Shown here: positions 49,969 through 58,800 of the stretch, piece after piece
How the letters are laid out: each line of letters starts with the position of its first letter
Numbering within the stretch: position 1 is the stretch's first letter
NCBI GenBank assembly: GCA_964469495.1
Contig: CAYXYY010000030.1
Coordinates: forward strand, 10,262 to 74,261
DNA from: an uncultured Planctomycetia bacterium
GTDB taxonomy: Bacteria > Omnitrophota > Gorgyraeia > S143-82
Length of the DNA stretch: 64,000 nt
Reading direction: 5' to 3'
Position numbers and translations under genes: made by a program
The notes under the pieces: generated by a model
Told to the model about the DNA's origin: nothing
The model's database searches: none
Seen by the model: the letters and a program-made list of their open reading frames with translations, nothing else

Positions 49969-50664
49969 TCACATACAGGCTGTCAAGCCGCTCAATCTCA
50001 GGACATCCCCGCCAACATAGCGCACCACAGATTCGTTATGGGAGATTAATATCATTGAAAATCCGAATTCCGTTTGCAAATCCAAGATTAAATCCAATGC
50101 CTGCTTGCGCAAAGATGCGTCCAATGCAGAGGTCGGTTCATCTAACAACAGCACCTTTGGCCTCAATATCAAGGCCTGAGCCAGCATCGCCCTCTGCGCC
50201 ATGCCCCCGCTCAATTGAAAAGGATAAGAAAACGCAAAACGCCCTTCCATTCCCATTTTCTTAAGCAAGGCAAGGGCCTCTGCATAGGCGTCCTCTTTTG
50301 TCATTTCCCTGACTAAGACGGCCGAGTCTGTTACCTGGTCTATAACCCTCATCATAGGGTTCATATAAGTTCTCGGCTGTTGAAACAAACAGGCAAACCC
50401 CTTCCCCCTGAAAACAGGACTGCCCGCAAAATCCACGCCAAGGCCTTCTATGCCAACAATCCCCTGAACCTGACTGCTTTTAGGCAGGATGCCTAATAAG
50501 GCAAACAAAATAGAACTCTTGCCTATGCCTGACGGCCCTGCAATACAAAGCCTCCCACCGCGTTTAATGGAAAAATTCAATCCATCATCAAACAACCATT
50601 TTCCTAAAACAGGCTCTGTATATCGGATATTTAGGCCCTGAACAAACAAATCGCCAACAGCCAT
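49969..50664 (-). CDS. ABC ATP-binding protein (DppD/NikD-like), no adjacent permease
   Basis: GPSGIGKS, FQQP..MNP, YPFQLSGGMAQR, LLDEPTSALD, ISH. Confidence 0.88.
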   Translation of the reverse strand: MAVGDLFVQGLNIRYTEPVLGKWLFDDGLNFSIKRGGRLCIAGPSGIGKSSILFALLGILPKSSQVQGIVGIEGLGVDFAGSPVFRGKGFACLFQQPRTYMNPMMRVIDQVTDSAVLVREMTKEDAYAEALALLKKMGMEGRFAFSYPFQLSGGMAQRAMLAQALILRPKVLLLDEPTSALDASLRKQALDLILDLQTEFGFSMILISHNESVVRYVGGDVLRLSGLTACM

Positions 50665-50676
50665 AGCGTTTTTCCT

Positions 50677-51768
50677 TTATAAAGAGGATTCTATGTTCTT
50701 CATTAAATCAGGCAGGTATTTTTTCCAAGAAAGCTCCTTTTCTATAATAGATAGGGCCTCTTCCTTATAGCTTTGCCTTGCCTTTTCGTCAGACATCAAG
50801 CGTTCAAGCACATAATCAAAGTGTTTTCTATCCTTTATATCAACGGCAAGTTCCAAGTCCTTCCAAATGCCCTTTTTGGGCAAAATGCTAACGCCGCCCG
50901 CCTTCCATATCTGCCAATACACGCTGTCCCACCCGCTCTCATTGAACACAGAAGGCAAATGAAGCACCAAAGGCACAGACTGCACCGCCTCGGCTAAGGC
51001 CTTAAAAGAAGGATAACCCAACAGAATATCTTGCATTTCCCAAGAAAACTGACTCAAACGCTTCTTCAATAAGCTTCTGTACTTCTGCATATAGTAATAA
51101 TCTATATCATCCAACAGCTTTATCTCTAAAAGAGTTCCCCGAATTATCTCAGGTAAATATGATGATACATTGTCAAAATCCGGATTGTCCATTTTAATGG
51201 CCCTCTCATACACGGACATATATTCCTGTGAATATCCCACGAAATTCCTGTCCTCATCTATTATAGATTGCCACAAAAAAATCTTATTTGACTGTGGCCT
51301 TGCAACTATTTTCTTCTGTCTTAGATATCCCATAGACAACGGCAGAAAGGACACGTTTTCCATACCAGAGCGATTTGCCAATTTCAAATACGCTTTGTTA
51401 GCAAAAGTAAACTGTTTACAATTTTTCATAATACGAAATAGCGTAATCCATCTCTTTATTGTTTCAAAAGGCAAATCCATATTAATGGAAATATATGGTA
51501 TTTCCTTGATTTCTAATAAAGGAATCTTCATCATACCGAATTCTTTAATCAGATCAAAGATATAAGAACCATAGGTAAAAATCACATCTGGCCTGTTTTT
51601 TGATAAGAAATCCTCAAACTGGGCCATATTATCCCTAAAGTAATCCAAGTTTTCCTTGAATATGATAACATTATATCCTAATCGTTCGAGTTCATATGCG
51701 ATATCCCTGTTGAGCAAGAAATCCTCTAGAACAAGCCCGGGAAAAAACATAATCTTACGTATCTTCAA
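50677..51768 (-). CDS. Hypothetical protein, possibly a divergent CgeB/DUF3880-like glycosyltransferase
   Basis: GT-B-like patterns (ELERLGYNV, RPDVIF, IPYISI..D.P, C-terminal helix SW..Y); coupled to the Maf-like gene. Confidence 0.5.
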   Translation of the reverse strand: MKIRKIMFFPGLVLEDFLLNRDIAYELERLGYNVIIFKENLDYFRDNMAQFEDFLSKNRPDVIFTYGSYIFDLIKEFGMMKIPLLEIKEIPYISINMDLPFETIKRWITLFRIMKNCKQFTFANKAYLKLANRSGMENVSFLPLSMGYLRQKKIVARPQSNKIFLWQSIIDEDRNFVGYSQEYMSVYERAIKMDNPDFDNVSSYLPEIIRGTLLEIKLLDDIDYYYMQKYRSLLKKRLSQFSWEMQDILLGYPSFKALAEAVQSVPLVLHLPSVFNESGWDSVYWQIWKAGGVSILPKKGIWKDLELAVDIKDRKHFDYVLERLMSDEKARQSYKEEALSIIEKELSWKKYLPDLMKNIESSL

Positions 51769-53672
51769 ATCAAACCTTCCTTTTTATATAGTTTCAAGGA
51801 ATCTCTATATAGGTCCAAGACGTCCTTTGAGGCCTTCATTATGCCCTCCCAAAATGCCAGTATAGTCTCAAACCTATCCTTATGAGAAACATCTTCTGTA
51901 AATGTCAGATACTTCTTTACCAGCAACGTCACCATACCTGCCAGAAGCTGGCAAAAACCTATCTCCTCCTCATAGTCCTCAAACAGTTTATCTATTATAG
52001 TATTTACCTTCAATAAATCCTGCTCCTGCCAGACGTTTTTCCTTCTCCCTTTCTTATATATCTGTTCTATTGTTCCAAATGCCTTTTTAACGTCTTTATT
52101 AAGTCCGTTATACCGCCTGATAATCTTTCTCATCTTCTTTGATATCCCCTTCATATCAATATCCGCCACAGAGTATCTCGCAAAAACCTCTGCTCTGCCC
52201 ATTATATCCATATCAGGTTGAAGGCCCTTACAGAACCTTTCGTAGGCCTCATCAGGCGGCATATTAACCGCGCCTTTTATCTTCATTCCCCTCGTCTTTG
52301 CGTCAATAACGTTTACTCTTAGAGAATCTATCATCCTTTCAAAGGTTATGCCAAAGGTAAGAAAGATGGGCTCGGTAATCACCTCCCCGCCGTCAACCGC
52401 TTCTACCCTTTCCAAAAATGTCAAACTCTTCTTCGTTGGGTCATCGCTATTTATCTTTAACAACAATTCGTTGCCTGCCCTATCTTTGACTATTGTCAAT
52501 TTTCTCTGATAAGAAACACCGGGAACGTACGCCTCATCTATATCAGGATAAGAGAGATCCTGTCCTATCAGGATAATCGGGTCCCCTCCCATATAAAATG
52601 CAAACAAAAAGGCCATATGCGATGTTGTCGGCCCTTTAACCATATTAGATTTAAAGTGAAAATACCCCTGTAAATAATGGTTATAATACGTCGTAAACAT
52701 AGGGCCTTTCCACATAGGGAATATCTCCGAATACATATCGCTATCCGCTATAAGAATAATATCCTTCATATCCTCCTCAGAAACGCCTTCATAGTGCCGT
52801 TTATTTTCAGGCGTAAAATCCATTCCTATCACAAAGTCCGGTTTAACGCCGTTTTTTAACAAAGGCTTTAGGGCAGTATCAACTGCAACGATGGGCGCCT
52901 TTCCCTTTGCCTTTTTCAAGACATCTATGGCGGTTTTCAAGGAAGGGCCCGGTGAAACACAAAAAATCGGCCTGTCTTTAAAAGCAGATAGCCAACCTTC
53001 AACGCCGGGACACTTGACCAAGTAAGGTAAATTCCTAAAGGAATTCTCCATTGTCTTAAAACTAACGACCAAGACCGTTGTCGCCATTGTACTGCTATAC
53101 ATTATATCGTCTTCCACAACCGTTTTTAACTGACTGAACTTCTCAGGGAATAATCTGGTTATGGGTTCGTAAAACATCAAAAGCGGCCGCCATAAGACCC
53201 TTGGCTGGTTTTTCTTGTTGATTATATTCATCGCCTCTATGGCAGTTGCTCCGACAACAAACGTAATGCGCTCGTCCATTATCCAACTGGTAATGTCTCT
53301 GGCAGACAAGAGCAGCCTAAACAAACTCAAATCAGCCTCCAATACATTTATACTCTCAAGACGCTCTTCCAAAAGCAGGTCTATATGATAACCAAGCCCT
53401 ATTCCAAATACAAATACCTCCAGCCTCTTTGTGAAATCATAGGATTTCACAAACCTCTCTGCCTCTTTTTCAGGGTCATATCTGCTGTGCAGGTATTTCT
53501 TTGAACCGTTATCTACAAAGACAATAGTCTTGCTTCCGTTTTGGGCATCATCCAGAACAAAACGGCCTGAGAGAGGTGTTGACTTTACCTTTTGATATAG
53601 ATTGAAGTCTTTGCTTTTAAGCGCATCTAAGTTTTTCTCCAATATAGTGTATTGTTCCACATCGCTTGGCAT
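51765..53672 (-). CDS. Motility accessory factor (Maf / DUF115) family flagellin glycosyltransferase
   Basis: EKNL.AL, YLHSRYDPEKEA, FGIGLGYH, PGPSL, AVDTA...GVKPDF, IILIGQDLSY. Confidence 0.85.
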   Translation of the reverse strand: MPSDVEQYTILEKNLDALKSKDFNLYQKVKSTPLSGRFVLDDAQNGSKTIVFVDNGSKKYLHSRYDPEKEAERFVKSYDFTKRLEVFVFGIGLGYHIDLLLEERLESINVLEADLSLFRLLLSARDITSWIMDERITFVVGATAIEAMNIINKKNQPRVLWRPLLMFYEPITRLFPEKFSQLKTVVEDDIMYSSTMATTVLVVSFKTMENSFRNLPYLVKCPGVEGWLSAFKDRPIFCVSPGPSLKTAIDVLKKAKGKAPIVAVDTALKPLLKNGVKPDFVIGMDFTPENKRHYEGVSEEDMKDIILIADSDMYSEIFPMWKGPMFTTYYNHYLQGYFHFKSNMVKGPTTSHMAFLFAFYMGGDPIILIGQDLSYPDIDEAYVPGVSYQRKLTIVKDRAGNELLLKINSDDPTKKSLTFLERVEAVDGGEVITEPIFLTFGITFERMIDSLRVNVIDAKTRGMKIKGAVNMPPDEAYERFCKGLQPDMDIMGRAEVFARYSVADIDMKGISKKMRKIIRRYNGLNKDVKKAFGTIEQIYKKGRRKNVWQEQDLLKVNTIIDKLFEDYEEEIGFCQLLAGMVTLLVKKYLTFTEDVSHKDRFETILAFWEGIMKASKDVLDLYRDSLKLYKKEGLI

Positions 53673-53692
53673 AAGAATATCCCCTTATTATA

Positions 53693-53721
53693 TTGACAAA
53701 CCCCTTGTTCTCTCTTAAAAT
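53693..53721 (+). promoter_or_regulatory. Sigma70 promoter of tRNA-Phe
   Basis: TTGACA-N17-TAAAAT. Confidence 0.75.
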
Positions 53722-53734
53722 ATCTCTCATTACT

Positions 53735-53807
53735 GCCGGGATAGCTCAGGAGGTAGAGCGCAGGCCTGAAAAGCCTGGCGTCCCCAGTTCGACTCTGGGT
53801 CCCGGCA
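53735..53807 (+). tRNA. tRNA-Phe(GAA); CCA not encoded
   Basis: Cloverleaf: acceptor GCCGGGA/TCCCGGC, D arm GCTC/GAGC, anticodon arm CAGGC-CTGAAAA-GCCTG, T arm CCCAG-TTCGACT-CTGGG. Confidence 0.97.
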
Positions 53808-53811
53808 CTTT

Positions 53812-55368
53812 TTATTTTCTATTAATAAAGTACTCCTTCCATAACCATAAAATATGTCTCATTATAACCGGCTGTGGATAACTTTCAAACCGTTTTGTTA
53901 TCTGCCCAAATGAACACGGAAAAGGCATAGACAGGATATCCTTCAAAAGCTTCACGGACATATCCTCTCCATGCGCCTCATATAAAAACAACCCGGATTT
54001 ACCTTCCACGACATCCCTTCCAAATTCGGTTATCTCAAATTGCGCATCTTCAAACATTATGTCTTCTGTCATATAATGCGCAAAGAGTTTAGAAAAAGGC
54101 ATCTTCCACTTCACGTCCCTTTCTCCTGCCGGGTGTTCCATTGCGCCATTTTTCAACCTATCCCACAGTCTTTCGTACTGTTTTACAACCTCTTTCCAAG
54201 AAAACCTTTCCTTTACAAGTTCCAACGCGCGATTTCCCATTCGCTCTGCCAATGACCTGTCGGAAGAAATCCTGCGCATACGGTCCAGAAGCATATCAAT
54301 GGAAACCACTGTGGTTTGGGCAAACGCGAAATGCGACATATTCTCATACATAAAAACCGCTTCTCTTTCTATTTGCTCCCACACATCTAATGAAGCAATC
54401 GTATCAATCAAAAATCCTGTTTCACCATCAACAACTATTGACTTGTATCCGTCCCAATCACTTGCAATAACCGGAAGGCCGTAACTAGCGGCTTCAAGCA
54501 AGGTCAGGCCAAAGGTCTCCTGCAAATTATCGCTAAGAGAGATAAAACAATCCGCCAAGCTGTATAATAATGCCTTCTCATCTTCATTGATATCCTCATA
54601 GACCTTAACCCTGCCTGCAAGGTTATGCTTTTCTATAAACATCCTTACTATGTGGGAATAATTGCTTTCAGCCGAACTGCCGGCAATAATCATCCGCGCG
54701 TCTTTGTTTTCTTTTGATAAAAGATAAAATGCCCTAATCATTGGAAACAAATCTGCCTTACTATATTCAGATATCCTTCCTATATACAGGAAAACAAAGC
54801 TATCCTCATCATAACCAGCGCGCTGTTTTGCATCGTTTACCCGCGCGTTTTCTTCCGCGCCAAATGGTATAACATCAATATAAGGAGCAGATTTTAATCC
54901 TAAATACGCAAAGGCATTTTCCAAAACGGTTTTTGCCGTCGGACTCGTTGCAACGATAGCATCCCAACTTTGACACACATCGTATTTCATAAATTCCAAC
55001 ATAAAACGCGGATAACTAATAGAATGCGTCAGCCCAAACACAGGCACAGACCTTGCAAATACATTGCGCCAAGAAGCCACCGGTCCAATACACACGTCCG
55101 GCTGAAGAATAACCTGATAATCGTTTCTCAGAAACAGGCGTTTTGCCTCATTGCGCAAAAACACCTTTACCCTTTTTCCCCGAGCGCCGGATAAGAATCC
55201 GGCTGATTTGAAGAAATTCTCCCTTTCATATAAATCGCCCAGAAAAAAATGAACCTCATCTATTGAGGAATAATCTAGTATAGCGGATAAAAGGGATTGG
55301 TTGGCAACTGTCCTGCCATAAACACCTCTGGACTCTGATAGAGAATCAAAGCATGCAATCGCCTTCAT
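53812..55368 (-). CDS. GT4 family glycosyltransferase
   Basis: FLYIGR, ETFGLTLLEA..GLPVIASDW.G..VVDGETG. Confidence 0.9.
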   Translation of the reverse strand: MKAIACFDSLSESRGVYGRTVANQSLLSAILDYSSIDEVHFFLGDLYERENFFKSAGFLSGARGKRVKVFLRNEAKRLFLRNDYQVILQPDVCIGPVASWRNVFARSVPVFGLTHSISYPRFMLEFMKYDVCQSWDAIVATSPTAKTVLENAFAYLGLKSAPYIDVIPFGAEENARVNDAKQRAGYDEDSFVFLYIGRISEYSKADLFPMIRAFYLLSKENKDARMIIAGSSAESNYSHIVRMFIEKHNLAGRVKVYEDINEDEKALLYSLADCFISLSDNLQETFGLTLLEAASYGLPVIASDWDGYKSIVVDGETGFLIDTIASLDVWEQIEREAVFMYENMSHFAFAQTTVVSIDMLLDRMRRISSDRSLAERMGNRALELVKERFSWKEVVKQYERLWDRLKNGAMEHPAGERDVKWKMPFSKLFAHYMTEDIMFEDAQFEITEFGRDVVEGKSGLFLYEAHGEDMSVKLLKDILSMPFPCSFGQITKRFESYPQPVIMRHILWLWKEYFINRK

Positions 55369-55371
55369 TCC

Positions 55372-55812
55372 TTATGCAACCTTTTTCAACTGCTCCTGGC
55401 CGCTGTTGGAAGATTCTTGATCTTGATTCTGCGTTTCTTCATTTTGCGGATTAGTCAACATCTGCGCCCATGCATCCCTTATAGCGGAAAGCCATGATAT
55501 CACTTGTTCCAAAAGCTGAGGCTCTTTTCTCAAATTCGCGACAACAGAACTCTGATAACAAAAGTTGTATATTGCGCGCAGGTTGTCCGAAATCTCTCCT
55601 GCATCATCGTTTAATGCCAAGGTAAGCTCCGATAAGATGCGTCTTGCGCGAAACAGCTTTTCATTACACATCTCATATTCCTTGTTAATCATATGCTCCT
55701 TGGCCTCTGAAAAAAACCTTATCATCCCATTATACAGGTAAAGCACTGCCTTACCGGGACTGGCCGTCTCTAAATTCATTTGGCGATAACGCGCATAGGC
55801 ATTCTTTAACAT
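55372..55812 (-). CDS. fliS: Flagellin chaperone FliS
   Basis: Y...ETASP...LY.G, IL.EL..AL, EIS.NL..IY, IRDAW. Confidence 0.92.
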   Translation of the reverse strand: MLKNAYARYRQMNLETASPGKAVLYLYNGMIRFFSEAKEHMINKEYEMCNEKLFRARRILSELTLALNDDAGEISDNLRAIYNFCYQSSVVANLRKEPQLLEQVISWLSAIRDAWAQMLTNPQNEETQNQDQESSNSGQEQLKKVA

Positions 55813-55826
55813 ACAACCCCCTCTTT

Positions 55827-58800
55827 TTACTTCTTGGACGAACTAGGCAATTGCGATATCTGCTGGCCAAGCCACGAACTCATAGAATTCATCTGCCCCA
55901 TCAAAGACTCCATCTGAGTAAACTGCGCATACAAAAATTCCTTTCTCTTATCTAACCTTGCCTGCAAGGATTCTATCTGCTCGTCAAATAGATCTATGTT
56001 GTCCTCGCTGGCATCTATCTCATTTGCAATAAGGCCCACCTCAGGGTCGGTCAAATATCCGAGCCTGCCATTAATACGCAGGCCTACCCCCCTTGCCTCT
56101 GTCGCCTGAACCTCAACTATTCTCGCATAGCCATCGGCTCCGGTCAATTTATTAAAACGTATCTTATCTGTGTAATACGGCAGGGAAAAATAATGATATA
56201 TCTCCTCATCCGCATTACTGGAAACGCTCATATAATCATTCCACTGATTGTTATACCAATATTGCAATGTATATCCTGTAAGGCGTTGTGAAAGACTGCT
56301 TACAGTATTTAATGTCACCTTATACAAGGATATCTTTTGCGAAAAATCCACCTCAAACCACGCATTGCTCTCATTTTGAACCGCATTTTGCCAGCCATTC
56401 ACTCCAGCGCCGAATTCGTCTTCATCTGTGTTGCCATTAATCGCATCGCTAGGACTAAATCCTGTATAGGACGACGATGCGCTTGCGCTTCCCCCATTTG
56501 CACTGGAAGCCATATTCACCTGATAACTAAACAGCCTTTCAACGGCCGCTGCATCGTCATTCAGCTTTTCCTGAAGGGTTGTCTCATCCAGTTCAAGCTT
56601 TCCCGAACTATTCATAGATATACCTATCGCGGATATATGGTTCATCGTATTCGGCAAACCGTCAACAGCGCTGTTAACCATATTAAACAATTGTGTCTGA
56701 AGTGTCATAATAGAAACGCTTCCGAGCAGGATACCTGATTCCCCTGTTTCAGTATCATAATCAATCGCATCGTCAATGTATTCCATAATACTGTTAAAAC
56801 CGTCCACAAAATCCTGAACAGCGGTGGTTATCTCCTCAAGATCTCTTTCTACTTTTAATGTAACCGGAGTATCTGACTCAGATAAAAGGGATATACTCAA
56901 ACCTGTAATCGCGTTTTTTATAGTATTACTGTGACCCGTCACAACCAAGCCTGAATTAGAATCATCCCCAACAAAGACAACGGCATCATCGGCCTTAACA
57001 GAATCGCTAAAAGTCAGTGTATCCCCGCTAAGACGGGAATCAACGACAATCCGCCCCAAAGAACCCTCATACTTGCTGGTAATGACCAGCCTGTATGGAT
57101 TTATTCCGCTTCCATCATTCAAAACATATGCGCTGACCTTATCCGTTGCATCATTGATAGAGCTTACTACATCGTCCAAATCATCGGTGCTAGACACCGT
57201 TATACTTATTTTATTTGCCCCGTCATAACTCGTATTGGCAATCCCGCTTGTCTCTTCAATGCCAAGGCTTTGAGAGACTGAATTATCCTCTATGTATAGA
57301 TACCCCTCCTCGCCTGTCGTGTCCTTTATAATCAACCCGGCCCCATTTGAATCAATGCTCGCTTCAACCCCTATGCCTGACGCGTTTATTTTATCTACAA
57401 TATCGCTCAAAAACCTGTCCGTGGAACTCACTGAGATGGTAGCAACTGCACCTGAACGGTCCGTAATAGTAAAAGAACCAGTCGTAATACCTGCAAAGTT
57501 ATTCAACGCCGCCAAGGATTTATCTCCCAAAACAGACGTCAGATATTCCCCTGTAATAGAGCTGCCTGATGAACTCGTTGCTATGCCAAGATCCTCTGCC
57601 GTATTAGAGCTGTTTATACTTGAAATAGAAAGAGTGCCTGTACCTGCGGTATTATCTGTAATTACCAAACTCAAACCATCGGAAGAAAGGCTTGCCGTAA
57701 TCCTGCCGCCATTGTCTGTGTCATTGTTTATAGCGCTTATAATATCGCCAATAGTTGACGAACCATCTATATTTACGTCAATAGTCGTACCGTCTTTTGC
57801 AATTATCCTGATGTCATCAAGTCCACTTGCAGTCCTGACACCTGCGCCATCCAGCACATAACTCAACGCGCTAGAAGTGCTCAAATACAGGATTGCATCG
57901 CCGGTAATAGTCGTGCCTGCGCTGGCGCCATCAATTCCAAGACTGGCGGCCGCGCCATTGCCGTCTATGACCCATAACTGTCCGGTTGAACCGCTGGTAT
58001 CAGTGATAAGCAGGCCCGTGCCTGCGCTATTAACTGATACACTTACGCGAAGCGCGCTCGTATTATTTATAATATCCACAACATCCTGAATAGTCCTTGC
58101 GCTGGATATGTCAATACTTGCAGTTGTGCCTGACTTGTCCCGTATCTGAAACCAAGTGCCTGATACGCCACTCTGCCCGTTTAAAAAGGCAAGCTGCCTG
58201 TCATTAATAGGGCTGAATATATCCTCCCCTGCAAGTTGGGAACTGTCTATGCCGGATGTATTCAATATACCTAAATCATCGGCCGTTGTTGAATCTATCT
58301 CATATACATAAATAGGATCGCCTCCACCGGTCGTGTCTACCAAATTAATAGCATTGCCGGTTGAATCCAAAGTTGCGGTTATTCCAATAGATGCGGCATT
58401 TATAGCATCCAATACATCCTGCACAGTCGTTGCGCTGGACAAATCTATGCTCGCGCTTGCGCCTGAACGGTCCGTTATCTTTATCCTGCCAAGAGCAACT
58501 CCCATACCGTCATTTAACTTGGACAACGCGGTTGTTCCTGATAAATAAGCGAGGTCGTCTCCGTGTTTTTTCTGTTGAACAGAAGTTGATGACTTTATGT
58601 TCAAACTTTCAGCCGTCTTGCCTCCATTCATCTCCTCTATCTTTAAATCATATGCCTCATCCCCTGTCAGATCTAGGACAATAATCCCATCCCCTGTATC
58701 ATTTACCCTTGCCAAAACGCTTATACTTGATTTATTATTGATTGCATCGATAACATCGCCTATTGTCTTGATACTCTCTTCATCACTCAAGTCAATGCTA

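Noticed and set aside
49969-50664. Orphan ABC ATPase as the missing motor of the sugar ABC transporter
   Set aside because: Motifs are DppD/NikD-like, with no MalK C-terminal domain; sugar ABC systems commonly share an ATPase encoded elsewhere
53735-53812. tRNA-Phe as an integration site for a flagellar island
   Set aside because: No integrase and no duplicated tRNA 3' end was seen in the window
53693-53881. 62-aa plus-strand ORF
   Set aside because: It is a translation of the tRNA-Phe gene and its promoter
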